The position numbers were made by a program, and so were the translations under genes. The notes under the pieces were generated by a model, which made no database searches, was not told the DNA's origin, and was given only the letters and a program-made list of their open reading frames with translations. Of a stretch of 64,000 nt of DNA, positions 25,982 to 38,228 are shown piece by piece (positions within the stretch are counted from its first letter, which is position 1; each line of letters opens with the position of its first letter). The stretch lies in the NCBI RefSeq assembly GCF_030684315.1, contig NC_081404.1, positions 9,915,794 through 9,979,793 of the forward strand, in the 5' to 3' direction. This DNA comes from Stegostoma tigrinum (Eukaryota).

Positions 25982-26359
25982 CTACTACAAATCCATCATT
26001 TGTTTCTTTATTTACAACATTGGCATTTCGTTTTTGCTTGCACCATCAACCCTTTTGTTGTTTACTCCTATCTTCCACCTTTCATAGGCCTTCCTCTTTG
26101 TTTATTCCCCCTCCAACTTTTCTTGCCTCTGTACTTGCTGTTTGCTTAAAACCTGTTACTTTTGAATCCTTCCCCAGTTAAAGGTCACTAACCTGAAACA
26201 CTTCTTTCTGGTGTCTTTTTTGAGTCTTTCAAAAGATCCTGCCAGACTTGCTGAGTATTTCCAGGTATTGTTTCATGTTTTTAAGCTGTTAAGATTCCTG
26301 CTGTTGGAGACTATTCATCGTCATAGATATTTATTTCGAAAATTTATGGACGGGGGAAT

Positions 26360-26720
26360 TCAGTTTAAACTTTGAATGTAAAATAGTAGCTCAGGTTTTT
26401 GACCCGGCCGAAAGGAATAAAGTCTACGAATCGCAACTCGGTGGTGTTAAGCCGCTCTTGTCTGGGAGGACCTTTTTTCGATGCTCGTCGTGTTTGGAGG
26501 AGTGAAAGAGCGAAGGAGCTGAACCGTGTATGTAAATTAATGCCTTTTTTTCTGAACGCTTTATAACCGTTTTGATTTTCGCTGTTTATTTTTCCGACAA
26601 TTTAAATATTCTGAATGACGGATTAATTTTGTTTCCGTGTGCACGCCGTTGTTTCATATAGCTCAAAGTTAAGGCCTAGAAATCTCATAACAGCCTCCGA
26701 GTCCTCGACCAGTTTTGCGA
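26360..26720 (+). promoter_or_regulatory. CpG-rich putative promoter and non-coding first exon of ZC3H10
   Basis: CpG enrichment; inverted homology to 11580-11930; candidate donor accgt|gtatgt or gtat|gtaaat near 26527-26532. Confidence 0.65.
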
Positions 26721-27319
26721 CTGATATACGGTGTAATGTGTAGTAAAACGATCGTTCAATCAGAATTTTACAAGCGTTTTTGAAATTTCATAGTTCATTC
26801 GTACGTTTGAGGCATCGGGGAATCGATCATTATTTCTAATGAAACTTGATTAGACCCTCGTTTCTGGCCGAAATGCTTCTTTTGAGTACAAAAGCTTATA
26901 CTTGTAAATAGTATAACAAAATGGTCCAAGGGACTTCGTGCGAAGCAGTTAGAGCCCTTGGTGAGAGTTAAGGCTTCCCAGAGTGTAGGAGGGTTTTAAG
27001 GTGGAAAGGACTTTAGAAATTCAAGAATACGGACCTTGATAGCTAAAGACTCATTTAAAGGTTGGAGCGGATATGATGTTAATGTAGTTCAGGTTTAGAA
27101 AGCGTAAAGTGAATTGAAACCTAGAAGTAGAGAAGATTCTAGAATTAAGCTGGCAGCAAGGCCGTAGAGGGATTCGTAGATAAGGATTTTGAAATTGATA
27201 TGCTATGATTGGCCACTAGAAATATATCAAGCGCGAGACGAATGGGGCAACATAGAGTTTTACGCTGCTTTGAGTGAGATGGAATTGTGGGGCGCGGTGC
27301 AGGTAAACTTTTAAGTCAA

Positions 27320-27510
27320 TGATAATGGGAACTGCAGATGCTGGAGAATCCAAGATAATAAAATGTGGAGCTGGATGAACACAGCAGGCCAAGCAGCATC
27401 TCAGGAGCACAAAAGCTCTCTGATGGAGGGTCTGGGCCCGAAACGTCAGCTTTTGTGCTCCTGAGATGCTGCTTGGCCTGCTGTGTTCATCCAGCTCCAC
27501 ACTTTGTAGT
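27320..27510 (-). mobile_element. Short fold-back element with hammerhead core (copy 3)
   Basis: 12-bp TSD cttttaagtcaa at 27308-27319 and 27511-27522; inverted arms; core mutated to CTGATGG. Confidence 0.85.
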
Positions 27511-29004
27511 CTTTTAAGTCAAGCTTGGAGGCCATAAACCGAGGGGAGTTCAGCAGCCATGGAGATGATAGTGGCTTTTTATCGTGAATATAATGAGGTT
27601 TGAAAGTCCTTTTACAGTTCAATAGGTATTTAGATTACAGTGTTGGCTTCAGTCTGTGTGTAGTAAAATGCAGTTTAGGGTGTGGAATTTCAGGTGGAAG
27701 TTGAGTGCCATCAGTCTTGTTAATGTTTGGCATATCCACAATTTAATATCCAGCTAGCTGTTGCAAAAAGCAGGATTGAAAGTATAAAGTTCCCTATCAT
27801 CATCCTAGAAAAGTTGACCCCATGTTTTATGAAGTTTATTTTAAAGGAATATATTTTAGAGTATAGTACTCAAAATACAATATAACTGTGAAAAATGTTG
27901 AAGAAGCATCACAGTCTTCCATCAAGACTGTATCAAATGATGCAGTTCAACTTTCCAGAATTCAGTGGTGGACCTGGAAAAGCAAGAAAAGTAGTGTGGA
28001 GGAAACTGATCCTGAATATTGTCTTTTTTTAGATGCTATTGTACACTGTTGAAAATGTGCGTAAGCAGAGAGGTTACAACTCCTTTTAAGAAGCTGACAT
28101 TGCACTAACTGATGTCACTGGTGGAGTTGCTTTGTGCATTAGGGTTAAAAGGCAAGCTAAGTCCCCAGTTGACATCCTGAAATTGAGAAATGAAAAGCTC
28201 ATAATGGTAGTGTAACAGTTTTTTAAACAACATTTTTCTTTTTCTTTCTTATGCTAATCCTTTTCTGAAAATAGTGGTTCATCTAGATGAACCTGTGCAA
28301 CTGCTACTAACTCTCCAACGTTTCACTGAAGTAGATGGTCCACATTTATGAGCCTGACTAGTGAGTTCCAGAAGGTTATTTAATCATGAGGATCATTCTA
28401 GACTACCTAATCCTGTTTGTACCTAGTGTCCATTTAGATATATTTCAGTCCGCTTAATAGAATCAGCCACACATTCTCATCACTCTGGTGCCTTTTATAT
28501 TAACAGCCTCTTGCAAACAAGGATCATTACTACCAATGGGTTGTGTTTTTGATAGGCAGGGATCATTTTTCTCCTTGACTGCTGAGGGTGAAAGTTTCTT
28601 TGCTTTTTTTAAGTCACTGTCTTCTGCCCCTAGCTCCTAAACTAGTGGATTGATGTATGCTTGGATATTTGTAGTCCAAATATTTCTGAATTTAGGTACT
28701 TGCATACAGCAATATTATAGGCACTCGGGTCTCTGCTGTGCTGTAACTGTTTGTTAAGCAGTATATGAAGGTGGTTTGTTTTCCACTTTTTTTTTGCCTT
28801 CCCACTTTGAGGAAGATTCTGTCTTTTGTTTGATGTGCCTGAGTTCAGAAAGCTTAGCATTTTGATCAGTTGCAGGAGTGAGCCTGCATTCTAGGAGTAC
28901 AATAGATTGCCATACATGGCTAGTGAGCCAATTTGTAGTTCATTGTACCACCTTTCTAAGATCACTGAAACCAATTGCACCATTCTTAATGCCATAATTA
29001 GGGT

Positions 29005-29095
29005 ACCGCTAACTCAGCACAGACCAGGGACCACATTCAAGTTTTTGCTGATCTGTATGACGCTGGTTTAAGATTCTTGAACATTGGATGAGCCC
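29005..29095 (-). mobile_element. Old tRNA-derived SINE-like head fragment
   Basis: gctaactcagcacagaccaggga...ctgtatg resembles the sequence at 54980-55045. Confidence 0.35.
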
Positions 29096-30239
29096 TAAGT
29101 CTTTTGAATAATTCTTTTTCTCAAATTCCATGTCAGTTTATTCTGGTGTGGTATGTAAAATATCATAAGCAAATACAATAATTTTAAAGTATATTACTTA
29201 GCAGATGCATAAAATACAAAATAAAAGTTGAAGGTGCTGTATCCTTGATAACCTATTGGTACTTAGTTGTTCAGCATAGTGTTACTTCTAAGTTATGATA
29301 TTTTATTTGTGCAAGTGAAAGATGGGAAGCTGGGCAATGGCTACAAACTGACTACCCTACCACCTTTTGGATGTATGGATGATCTGCTATTAGTGATATT
29401 CTGGGTAGGAGATATCTGAATGAATATGATTTTTTTTTAAAATTATGGTATTGTAAGGTACTTTTGCATCTAGGATTTTTGTCTCTTTATCACAAAAGCA
29501 CATCTGTCCTAAACTTAATTAGTTTGTGCAAATTGCAGGATGGTTGTTTTATGTATTAATATCAAATGCTTATGATGCAACTTTATTTTGAAAGTTACTT
29601 TCTATGCTTTAGTTGATAACAAGTCTCACAGCTTGCTGTTTAACTACAGATTAAGCGTGAAGCATAAAACATCAATATAAATTGTCTTTTCCACTTTCTG
29701 TCTTCTTCCATGTTGTTTTAATCACTGCCAGTCATTGGACTGAATGTACAGCCTTACATAGCTGGTACCACACCAGTACTGAAGCACCTATAGCTTATTT
29801 GCATGGTAGACAAAAAGCATTTATGGCTTGATGAAGAATATCACTTCATTACACAGTAGCAGAGTGAGACTGGTAGCTTACCTGTTTGTTGTTTAAATAT
29901 TTGAGACACCTTCCTTTTCCAAGGTAATCTAGGTAGCTTGGACACCTTTCAAGGCCAAATGTGGCAGCCACTGCATCTTCCACAAGTTTGAGTGATATAT
30001 CGCAAGTGATGATTTTATCAGGTTATGCATTAGTTTTGATATGCCATATCTTGATGTTAAGCTTACATGGTAAGCAGTTGGCTAGTGCCCGGTCAGTAAG
30101 ATTGATCTTGTACAATGTGGAATTGTAGGAATTCCAGTGCATATATTGAGCATTGAATGTGGGCTTGTGGTAGATGTTAGTTGAGAAATATGCCAATATG
30201 TTGTCTACTACTATGAGGAAAGGGAGCTAGTTTGCCTCA

Positions 30240-31260
30240 CTTTGGCAGCAAATTTTACTTCTGACACGTTTACAATATTTGTATCCACAGTTGCATCAAA
30301 GAATTTGGTTACACAGTTTGAGAAACTCCCATCCTGTGCTCAAATTTACAGGGAAATGGTACAATCAAACAAGGCTATTTTCCTCTTATTAGTTAAGAAA
30401 TCTGCCCGTGGATTTTCTTCTACCATTTATTGCAGGGCTGCTTACACTAATCAATTTATGCATTGGGATTCCTACATTCCATGCACTATGAGATCAAACT
30501 TATTGGCAAACCCATGAATAGAGCCCTAACCATCTGCCTGCTGTGCAAGATTGATGCTGAGATAGGGTGTATCACAGCTATTTGCGCGTGATAATGGTTA
30601 CCTTAACAAATCAGCTGCATATCTCTCAAATTTATGGAAGGGCCTATGGCCACCACCTTTTTGGCCCTGAAGCCTGTCCAATCTCCCTCAGCTTACCCTG
30701 TGAGGGGAAGGTGTCCCAAAAAATGTGATATCATCACCTATTCAATCTTGCACTGCCACTTGCCAGTAAACATGAGAATGGTATTCTCTGCTGATAGGAT
30801 GTTGCCATCAAGCCGCAGAGATTTTTTGCCTCTACAAACAAGTTAATGAGTATCAGTTGTGTGATGTATGTATATAGGTTGTACATCCCAAAAACTGACC
30901 ATTGCATCAAACAAAACATCCCATTGATTGAACACAGCAGTCAGCACACTGACTGTGCTCAACCAGCCCGTGTTTGTAAATTTCAGAACACAATATCTGA
31001 CATTAGATGCGATCTTGCTGCTGGACAGCATTTTACTAATAATCCTGATTTTTTGATACAAATTACACCAGAAACCAAGACTACCGGTCTGGTTTGAAGT
31101 GTGATTCATTTGCATGTGCTAAAGCTACATATATTCACACATATAGCCCTGTTCTTTGGATAAATTTCTTTTGTCTACATACATTGCACTTTTTTCATTA
31201 AGGAAACAGTTATGGGGACTGCCAATCCCTGCTGCTTTCATCATGACAACACTTTGGCCG
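30240..31260 (+). mobile_element. Old degraded Penelope-like element
   Basis: REMVQSNK..FL.LLVKKS.RGFSSTIY....TNQFMHWDSY resembles the Penelope RT thumb region. Confidence 0.55.
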
Positions 31261-34059
31261 ATCAGAGAATTACCTGCCTGGCCTAAGTTTAAACAGCTAA
31301 CTAGGATTGACAGTTAAGTTTCTGATTCATGCACTTGCCAACCATGGTCCAAAAAATAAGCACCATTGCCTCATGCTGTCTAAGTTGTTCCCTTTGTAAG
31401 TATGGTTTCTTGCATTCCAGTCGTGATCCATGTGAGTTAAGCTTCAATTGTGCGCTTCTTTTTGCAATGTACAGTGAAGTTTCCAATCTTGGGAGAAGGG
31501 GGAGGCGAAGATTGTTCAAATTGGTCATGACACTTAAACTTCCATAAATGATACTTTTTAAAGAAATTTTTGTTCTCACATGCAGCAAAGAGTAGTATGT
31601 ACATGCTATACTCTATTCAGAAGAAGGAAGATTGGTTCTCTTGTTTGCCTGTGCATTTTAGTGTTCTGGCTGCCATCGGAAAAAACAAGAAGAGCAGTCA
31701 TGTAGTTTTCAGATGTTTTAGAAATTTGACTTCCAGACTCTGTATTTTTAATTGTTATTTGACTTTTTTGCCGAGACATATTATTTTGTTGAGTGCTTTT
31801 TATTCAAAACAGAAGTGTATACGTAGGCTCTGTAAACACTCAGTTATCTCTGAAAGAATTTTAGAATTACTTACATTGTTACTGTTTCTATCACATTTAT
31901 AATGGCTGATCTGTGTCAGGATCAGACTTGGGTTGACTTGTTTTGCCTACAGTCCATGATGGGAAAGTCTGCTCCACATCTTGGAAGAATACTCATTTGT
32001 GTTCTGTGTGAAGGCTCTGTATATTGTGAAATATAAAACAGGACAAAACATTATTTTGAGCACAAAAGTAACTACAGATGCAGGAGGAAGTTCAGTTGTT
32101 TTTGCTGAGCCTCTCATTGAAACTCCCAATACCAGCCTTGTCACAGTATATAATTACCTCTTGATTAACTTGTTTTTGCATTCCCTGCCCTATCATAGGA
32201 ACCATTTCACACATTGATCACTATGCGGAAGTGCTTTTTGATACCAATCCTGAATTTGCTTTTTATCAGCTCATACCTGTTTTGACTTTGTTTATAGTCA
32301 TGACTTCATTTGAAACAATACTTAATTTTTTAATTATAATTTAATTGTAATTTCTTCACTCATAATTTCTCTTCACTTGTGGGACGTGGGCATTGCTGGC
32401 TGGACCTGCATTTCTTGTCTGTCATGTGCCTCCTTTCGAAGTTGAGCGATCTCTGATTTTGCTCACTTTTTCCTTATTAATTTTGAAAGATTTAAGATCG
32501 CATCAAATTGTCACATGCTATGATTTAAATCTGTTTTTCTTTGCAAAAAGCCACCTAATCCCACCCTCCTGCTTGTTTCCCTTATCCTTTTTAATATTAT
32601 TTTTCAAGTAACTTTCTATTTAATTGTGACCTTGGCTGGAACAGGTTATGGCAGAGCATTCCACATCCTAATCACCCTCTGTGGAAACACTTTTCAAACC
32701 CCTTTCATTCATAAATTTATGTGCACTTATTACCATAATCTTGAAGGCTTCCAATCAGGAACACCTTAATTTTATCCAATCCAGCAGAAAAGCCTTAAAT
32801 TTAAAACTTAAATCTCCCTTCTGAATTGTAACAGCCCAGCCTAGTAACGCTATTTCATCTTTGTTGCTCGTGTAACTTTCCTAGGCATCATAAACTACCA
32901 CTAAGTGCTCCAACTGCAGTCTGACAAATGTCTTATACAAGTTCAACATATCTCCTTGTTTTTGTATTTAATACCTCTAATTATAATACCCAAGAATTAT
33001 GTTTTCCTTTTCATGATGTTAGTGAAATTGAAAATATTTTACGTGAATGCCTGCAGTGTCGATGTTTCTTGGGTAAATAAATGTACTTCACCTTGTTGAA
33101 AATAGCTGTTTCTCATTGAATAATTTATGTATATTCAGGATATTTTCAATTTACGTACCTTTCCCTCAATGCAATACTGATTCCTCAACAAATATTTTAC
33201 ACATCGGTTGTCATGATTCCAATGTCTATGGTGATATGGAGTTTTACTAATGCCACCTTTTGTTCATAATGATTTATTTGTGATAAATGGAACAAGTTAG
33301 AGATATGTGTTACTGGCCCAGATGCATTGGTAAGGGATTACTTTTGGCTTTGTATTATCAAAATGGGGGACGAGCTTTGCAATCAGTGTCATTTTCTGGG
33401 TAGGGCGTAATGCAAGAAAAAGATTGAACAAGATTTTTCGCACCCGTAGTATTTCAATTATCTTGTATTTTTCAGCTATGTACATTGTTCATTTCAGTGA
33501 CCGTCATTTGGAGCTTTCAGTCCATTCGTTATTGACTGTCAAAGGCGCATATAAATCCAACAAACAGATACACCAAAAAAAATCCACAAGGTTCTGATTT
33601 TTATCAATCATATTTTGTTTCAAACAGACATGCCTGGCCAAAGTAATTTCTGCTCGTCTTCCCAATGATTCTTCACTTTCATCTTTTCACTTTTCACTTT
33701 TCTTGCATGTCATCACATTATATTTCTAGTTCTATGATACTTTAACGTTTTTTGTTTCTTTAGGTTAACATTTAAGTTTGATCCCCCCCCCCCCCCCCCC
33801 CCCCACCCCGTCTCTTGAAACTGCCTCGCTTTTGCTGGGGAACAGACTCTTGATGCCTTACCTTCTTTCCCAAACTGTGGGCATTCTTTGAATGCTAGTC
33901 AAGTTAGAAATGACTGACCCCTACAGATAAACGCTGAGATCAAAGGTGATCCCAAGCATTGTGGTACCAAAGTTCTCATGTACATTTTACACTAAATGTC
34001 ACAGAGTTGAAATTAGAAGTGAGAATTCTTGCTTTTTTTTTATTTTCTTAGCCTGGGTT

Positions 34060-36161
34060 AAAGTTTTTGAGAAGATTTATAGCTGGAGTTGTGAATGAGG
34101 TTCTACCATTATGTCTAGGAAGGTAATCTAGGAAGCGTTATTGTTCTCTTCTTTTATTAATTTTATCCCAGTAAGGGTATTGTTTATATGTTAGTGGGTT
34201 TCTTCTAGTCTTGTGCATTTGATAATCACAACTTGTTTGCTGAGCCACTGTGTTTGGTTGCAGACATTTTGTCACCCTGATAGGTAACATTGTCAATGTG
34301 CCTCCAGTGAAGCGTTGGTGTTCTGTCCCGCTTGTTATTTTATATGCCTTGGTTTGCTGTGTTGTCCCAGTCAAATTTATGTCCTTCTTTGTCTGTGTGT
34401 ATTGAGATCAGTGAGAATTGGTCGTGTCTGTTGGTAGCTGGTTGGTGTTCATGTATCCTTATTGTCAGTTTTCTTCCAGTTTGGCCTATGTGTTGTTTCT
34501 CATGGTCGTTGCATGGTAATTTGTATATTATGTTAGTTTTATTGGTTGTATGTATGGGATCCTTTACGTTTGTCAGTAGCTGTCGCAGGGTGGTCGTTGG
34601 TTTGTGGGCTACCCTGATACCTAGGGCCCTGAGTAATCTTTTGGTCATCCCTGCGTCTGTGACGTACGGTAGGGTGACTAGTGTGTCTTGCCGTGTTGAG
34701 GTCTGTCACAGTGTTAATGGCGGATTGTGCTTTTTGGGTATTCGTTCTTATTAAAAACTCGGTATAAGTGCTCTTATTCTACTTTGCACAATTCCAGATT
34801 GCTGCAGTGTGTTGTGACCCATTTGAACAATGTCCTGATGCAGTTCCGTTAATGGGTGTTGGGGTGGCTGCTGGAGCAATTAAGTATTTGGTCTATATGC
34901 GAGGTCTTTCAGTATAAACTAGCCTGGAGTTCCCCGTTGTTCTTATGTTCTACCATTAGGTCTAGGAAGGGTCATCGATTATTGTTCTCCTCTTTTTGAG
35001 AGTTTAATTCTGGTGGAGGATGTTGTTTATGTTGGTGGGTTTCTTCTAGTCTTTGTGTGTTTGATAATCACGGAGGTGTCATCTACATAGTGGACCCAGA
35101 GTTTGGGCTGTATAGTGGGGAGCAGGATTGATCGCAGAAGCAGTAATGGAAAGGTTAGAATGAACGGTGCTCCCCACTATGTAAATGACACCTTTGTGAT
35201 TATCAAACACACAAGACTAGAAGAAACCCATCGACCTATAAACAACATCCTCACCTGAGTAAGGTTCACAAAAGAAGAAGAGAGCAATAACTGACAACCC
35301 TACCTAGACATAATGGTAGAATGTAAGGATAGAGGGGAACTCCAGACTAGCGTATACAGAAAGACAACATACAAACTAGATACATAATTGCTCCAGAAAC
35401 CATCCCAACGCCCTAACGGAGCTGCATCAACACATTATTCAAATGGGCCACAACACACTGCAGCAATCTGGAAATGCGCAAAGGAGCACTTGTATGGAGT
35501 TTTTAAAAAGAATGGATACGCAAAAAACACAATCCGCTATTACCTCTGTGACAGGCCATGACGAGAAGACACAACATGGCCAGACACACTAGTCATCCTA
35601 CTGTATATCAGAGATGAACACAAGACTACTCCAGACCTCTAGGTATCAGGGTAGCCTACAAACCAACAACCACCCTGCGACAGCTACTGACAAATGTAAA
35701 GGATCCCATACCCACAGCCAATAAAATATGCAAGGACAGTGAAAAACATAGGCCAAACTGGAAGAAGACTGACAATAAGGATACACTAACACCAACTAGC
35801 CACCAAGAGAATGACCAATTCTCGCTGGCCTCAATACACATGGACAAAGAAGGACACAGTTTGACTGGGACAATACACCCATAATAGCACAAACCAAACA
35901 GAGACATGCCAGCGAATTCCTGGAGGTCTGGCATCCCAACTGGACCTCTGTCAACAAACACATTAAACCGGACCTGATATACAAACCACTGAAAAGCAGA
36001 ACTGGATGTAATACCAACCACCCCAGCAAACCGAAGCAGATAAATAACAAGCGGGACAGAACAGCAGTGCTTCACTAGAGGCACACTGACGACGTTACCT
36101 AGGAGGGTGGCAAAAATGTCTGCAACCGAGCGCACCGGCTCAGTGAGCAAGTGTACTACCG
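34060..36161. mobile_element. Penelope-like element C, palindromic (inverted arms), in the ZC3H10 intron
   Basis: GIY-YIG remnant on - strand (NIIYKLPCNDHEKQHIGQTGRKL) and inverted copy on +; RT remnant YVDDT near 35080/35180; 11-bp TSD tagcctgggtt at 34049-34059 and 36162-36172. Confidence 0.75.
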
Positions 36162-37025
36162 TAGCCTGGGTTGCTAAAAGCCATAGTCAGCAGTTTGTTC
36201 CAAGCAAGCAGATATAGTTTTTACTTCAGTCTGTGAGTCAAATACTCCTATTTTTAATATTCACCCCCCCCCCCCCCCCAAGTCTTCTCCTATCCCAACA
36301 CCAAGAATTGTTCCTGCACTGAGAAAAGAAATCTATCTTCCTCCTCACTTCCATTAGTGGTGCTTTTTGAGGTGTGTGAAAACACTGTATGGTGAATTAC
36401 TCTCTGATAATTCTGAAAATTATGCATGTACGTTGATGTCAATTAAGCTAATTTGTGATGACAAGTCTTAATCTTGAAGTTTTTTTGAGAAAAGCAATTT
36501 TTATTTGCCATGTAATAGATGCAGTTATTTAATGTATTCCAGACTAATGAAGTAAATGTTCTTATTTTGTTCTTTGGTGATATCCAAAATGATATAGGTT
36601 TGGCAAACCTCGGGCAAGTTCTTAATGAACATACGTCAAACATAAAATAGCCTATAATTTATTATAATCCATACTCATCGTTCATAACTTTGCCAAGGGT
36701 CAATAATGAAAATGTGATACTGGTACAGGAGGACGTAGATTTCTCAAGTTGTAGTGAAACCACATTGTGGGGAAGCATGTAGTATAACTAACCTAGTAAT
36801 GTATGTTGCTGACTCTTAAAACACGCACGCGCGTGCACACACATTTGGAAACCTTTTTCAATTCCACTACTATCGTTGCTTAGCTTGCTGAGCACCAATT
36901 ACAGTGGTTCAAGTAACACTTGGCTTGTGGACTAATTCCTCCTTCTCTGTAAAGACATACCTTGATTTTCTTTTTCAGATGTTTTTGTGTACAGTGGCTG
37001 AGAAGCACAGAAATAGTCTGTGAAG

Positions 37026-38228
37026 ATGCCGGATAAAGATAATTTATTTAACAGTGGTAATGACGAGGCTGGCCACAGCTCAGATGATATTTGCCGAGAC
37101 TTCCTGCGCAATGTCTGCAAACGTGGTAAGCGCTGCAAGTTCTATCACCCTGATATTAATGAAGTGTCTGACTTGGGCGTAAAGAAAAATGAATTTGTCT
37201 TTTGTCATGACTATCAGAACAAGGAGTGCACTCGCATCAACTGCAAGTTTATTCATGGGACAAAGGAGGATGAGGAACATTACAAAAAGTCAGGAGAGCT
37301 TCCCCCACGCCTGCGCCTTACAGTGGCTATGGGTCTTGGCCTTTCACCTTCTGACCTCTCCTTTAAAAAAGGTGAGGTCCCAATTTGCCGTGACTACTTG
37401 AAAGGTGACTGTCAACGAGGATCTAAGTGTAAATTCCGGCACTTAAAACGTGATGAATATGAATATGAAAACAGAACTTTGGAGAGGTTGTCACGAGACC
37501 AAGTGATTTCTCCTGTAGTGCGTCGATATGACCCATTTGATGACCTCTATGATGCCGATCGCTATGCTGATTATGACCATGTTCTAAAGAGACGAAGAGT
37601 TGATGGCTTACGATTTGAGAGTTATGATTTTAATATTCCAAATTCGCGTCCAGTTGACTATCGGTTTTTAGAGGAGGAGAATCTCATGCTTCGAAAGCGT
37701 GTTGAGGAACTGAAAAAGCAGATCTCAAATTTGATGGCAACTAATGAGGTACTTTTGGAGCAAAATGCACATTTCCGCAACCAAACCAAGGTGGTCACAT
37801 TGACCTCCACTCCCACAGCAACAGAGCAAACGCTAGCAGCACCAACTGTGGGTGCAATCACCAATTACAACCATGGTATAGCACAGACTCACACCACTTT
37901 GAGCAGCCAAGCACTTCAACCACGACCTGTCACCCAGCAAGACCTCGTGGCAACTGCTGGAGCTACTGCTGCTCCACCTACTAATGCTGCACCAACAGCA
38001 CAGCATCTTAATCCTGAGATTGCTTCACTTCCTGCAGCGCTCGCCCAGACCATTGCCCAGGGAATGGCGCCTCCAGTTTCTATGGCCCCAGTGGCTGTTT
38101 CTGTTGCACCAGTGGCAGTATCAATTGCCCAAGCAATGCCAGGAATCACTATTAGCCATGCCACGACTCCAATGGTTACTTATCCAATTGCATCACAGAG
38201 TATGAGGATAACAGCAATTCCTCATTGA
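37026..38228 (+). CDS. ZC3H10: Zinc finger CCCH domain-containing protein 10, 400 aa, single coding exon
   Basis: MPDKD start; three CCCH fingers (CRDFLRNVCKRGKRCKFYH, CHDYQNKECTRINCKFIH, CRDYLKGDCQRGSKCKFRH), coiled coil and characteristic end YPIASQSMRITAIPH; acceptor tttttcag at 36977-36978. The ORF track's 37020 start is a GTG. Confidence 0.95.
   Translation: MPDKDNLFNSGNDEAGHSSDDICRDFLRNVCKRGKRCKFYHPDINEVSDLGVKKNEFVFCHDYQNKECTRINCKFIHGTKEDEEHYKKSGELPPRLRLTVAMGLGLSPSDLSFKKGEVPICRDYLKGDCQRGSKCKFRHLKRDEYEYENRTLERLSRDQVISPVVRRYDPFDDLYDADRYADYDHVLKRRRVDGLRFESYDFNIPNSRPVDYRFLEEENLMLRKRVEELKKQISNLMATNEVLLEQNAHFRNQTKVVTLTSTPTATEQTLAAPTVGAITNYNHGIAQTHTTLSSQALQPRPVTQQDLVATAGATAAPPTNAAPTAQHLNPEIASLPAALAQTIAQGMAPPVSMAPVAVSVAPVAVSIAQAMPGITISHATTPMVTYPIASQSMRITAIPH

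Noticed and set aside
12000-26280. Similar degenerate elements just upstream of both promoters as part of the inverted duplication
   Set aside because: Both are on the + strand, so they are opposite relative to their genes and are independent insertions
33783-36279. Poly-C tracts at 33783-33809 and 36264-36279 on either side of Penelope element C
   Set aside because: They lie outside the TSD-defined element; simple homopolymers with no evidence of a link
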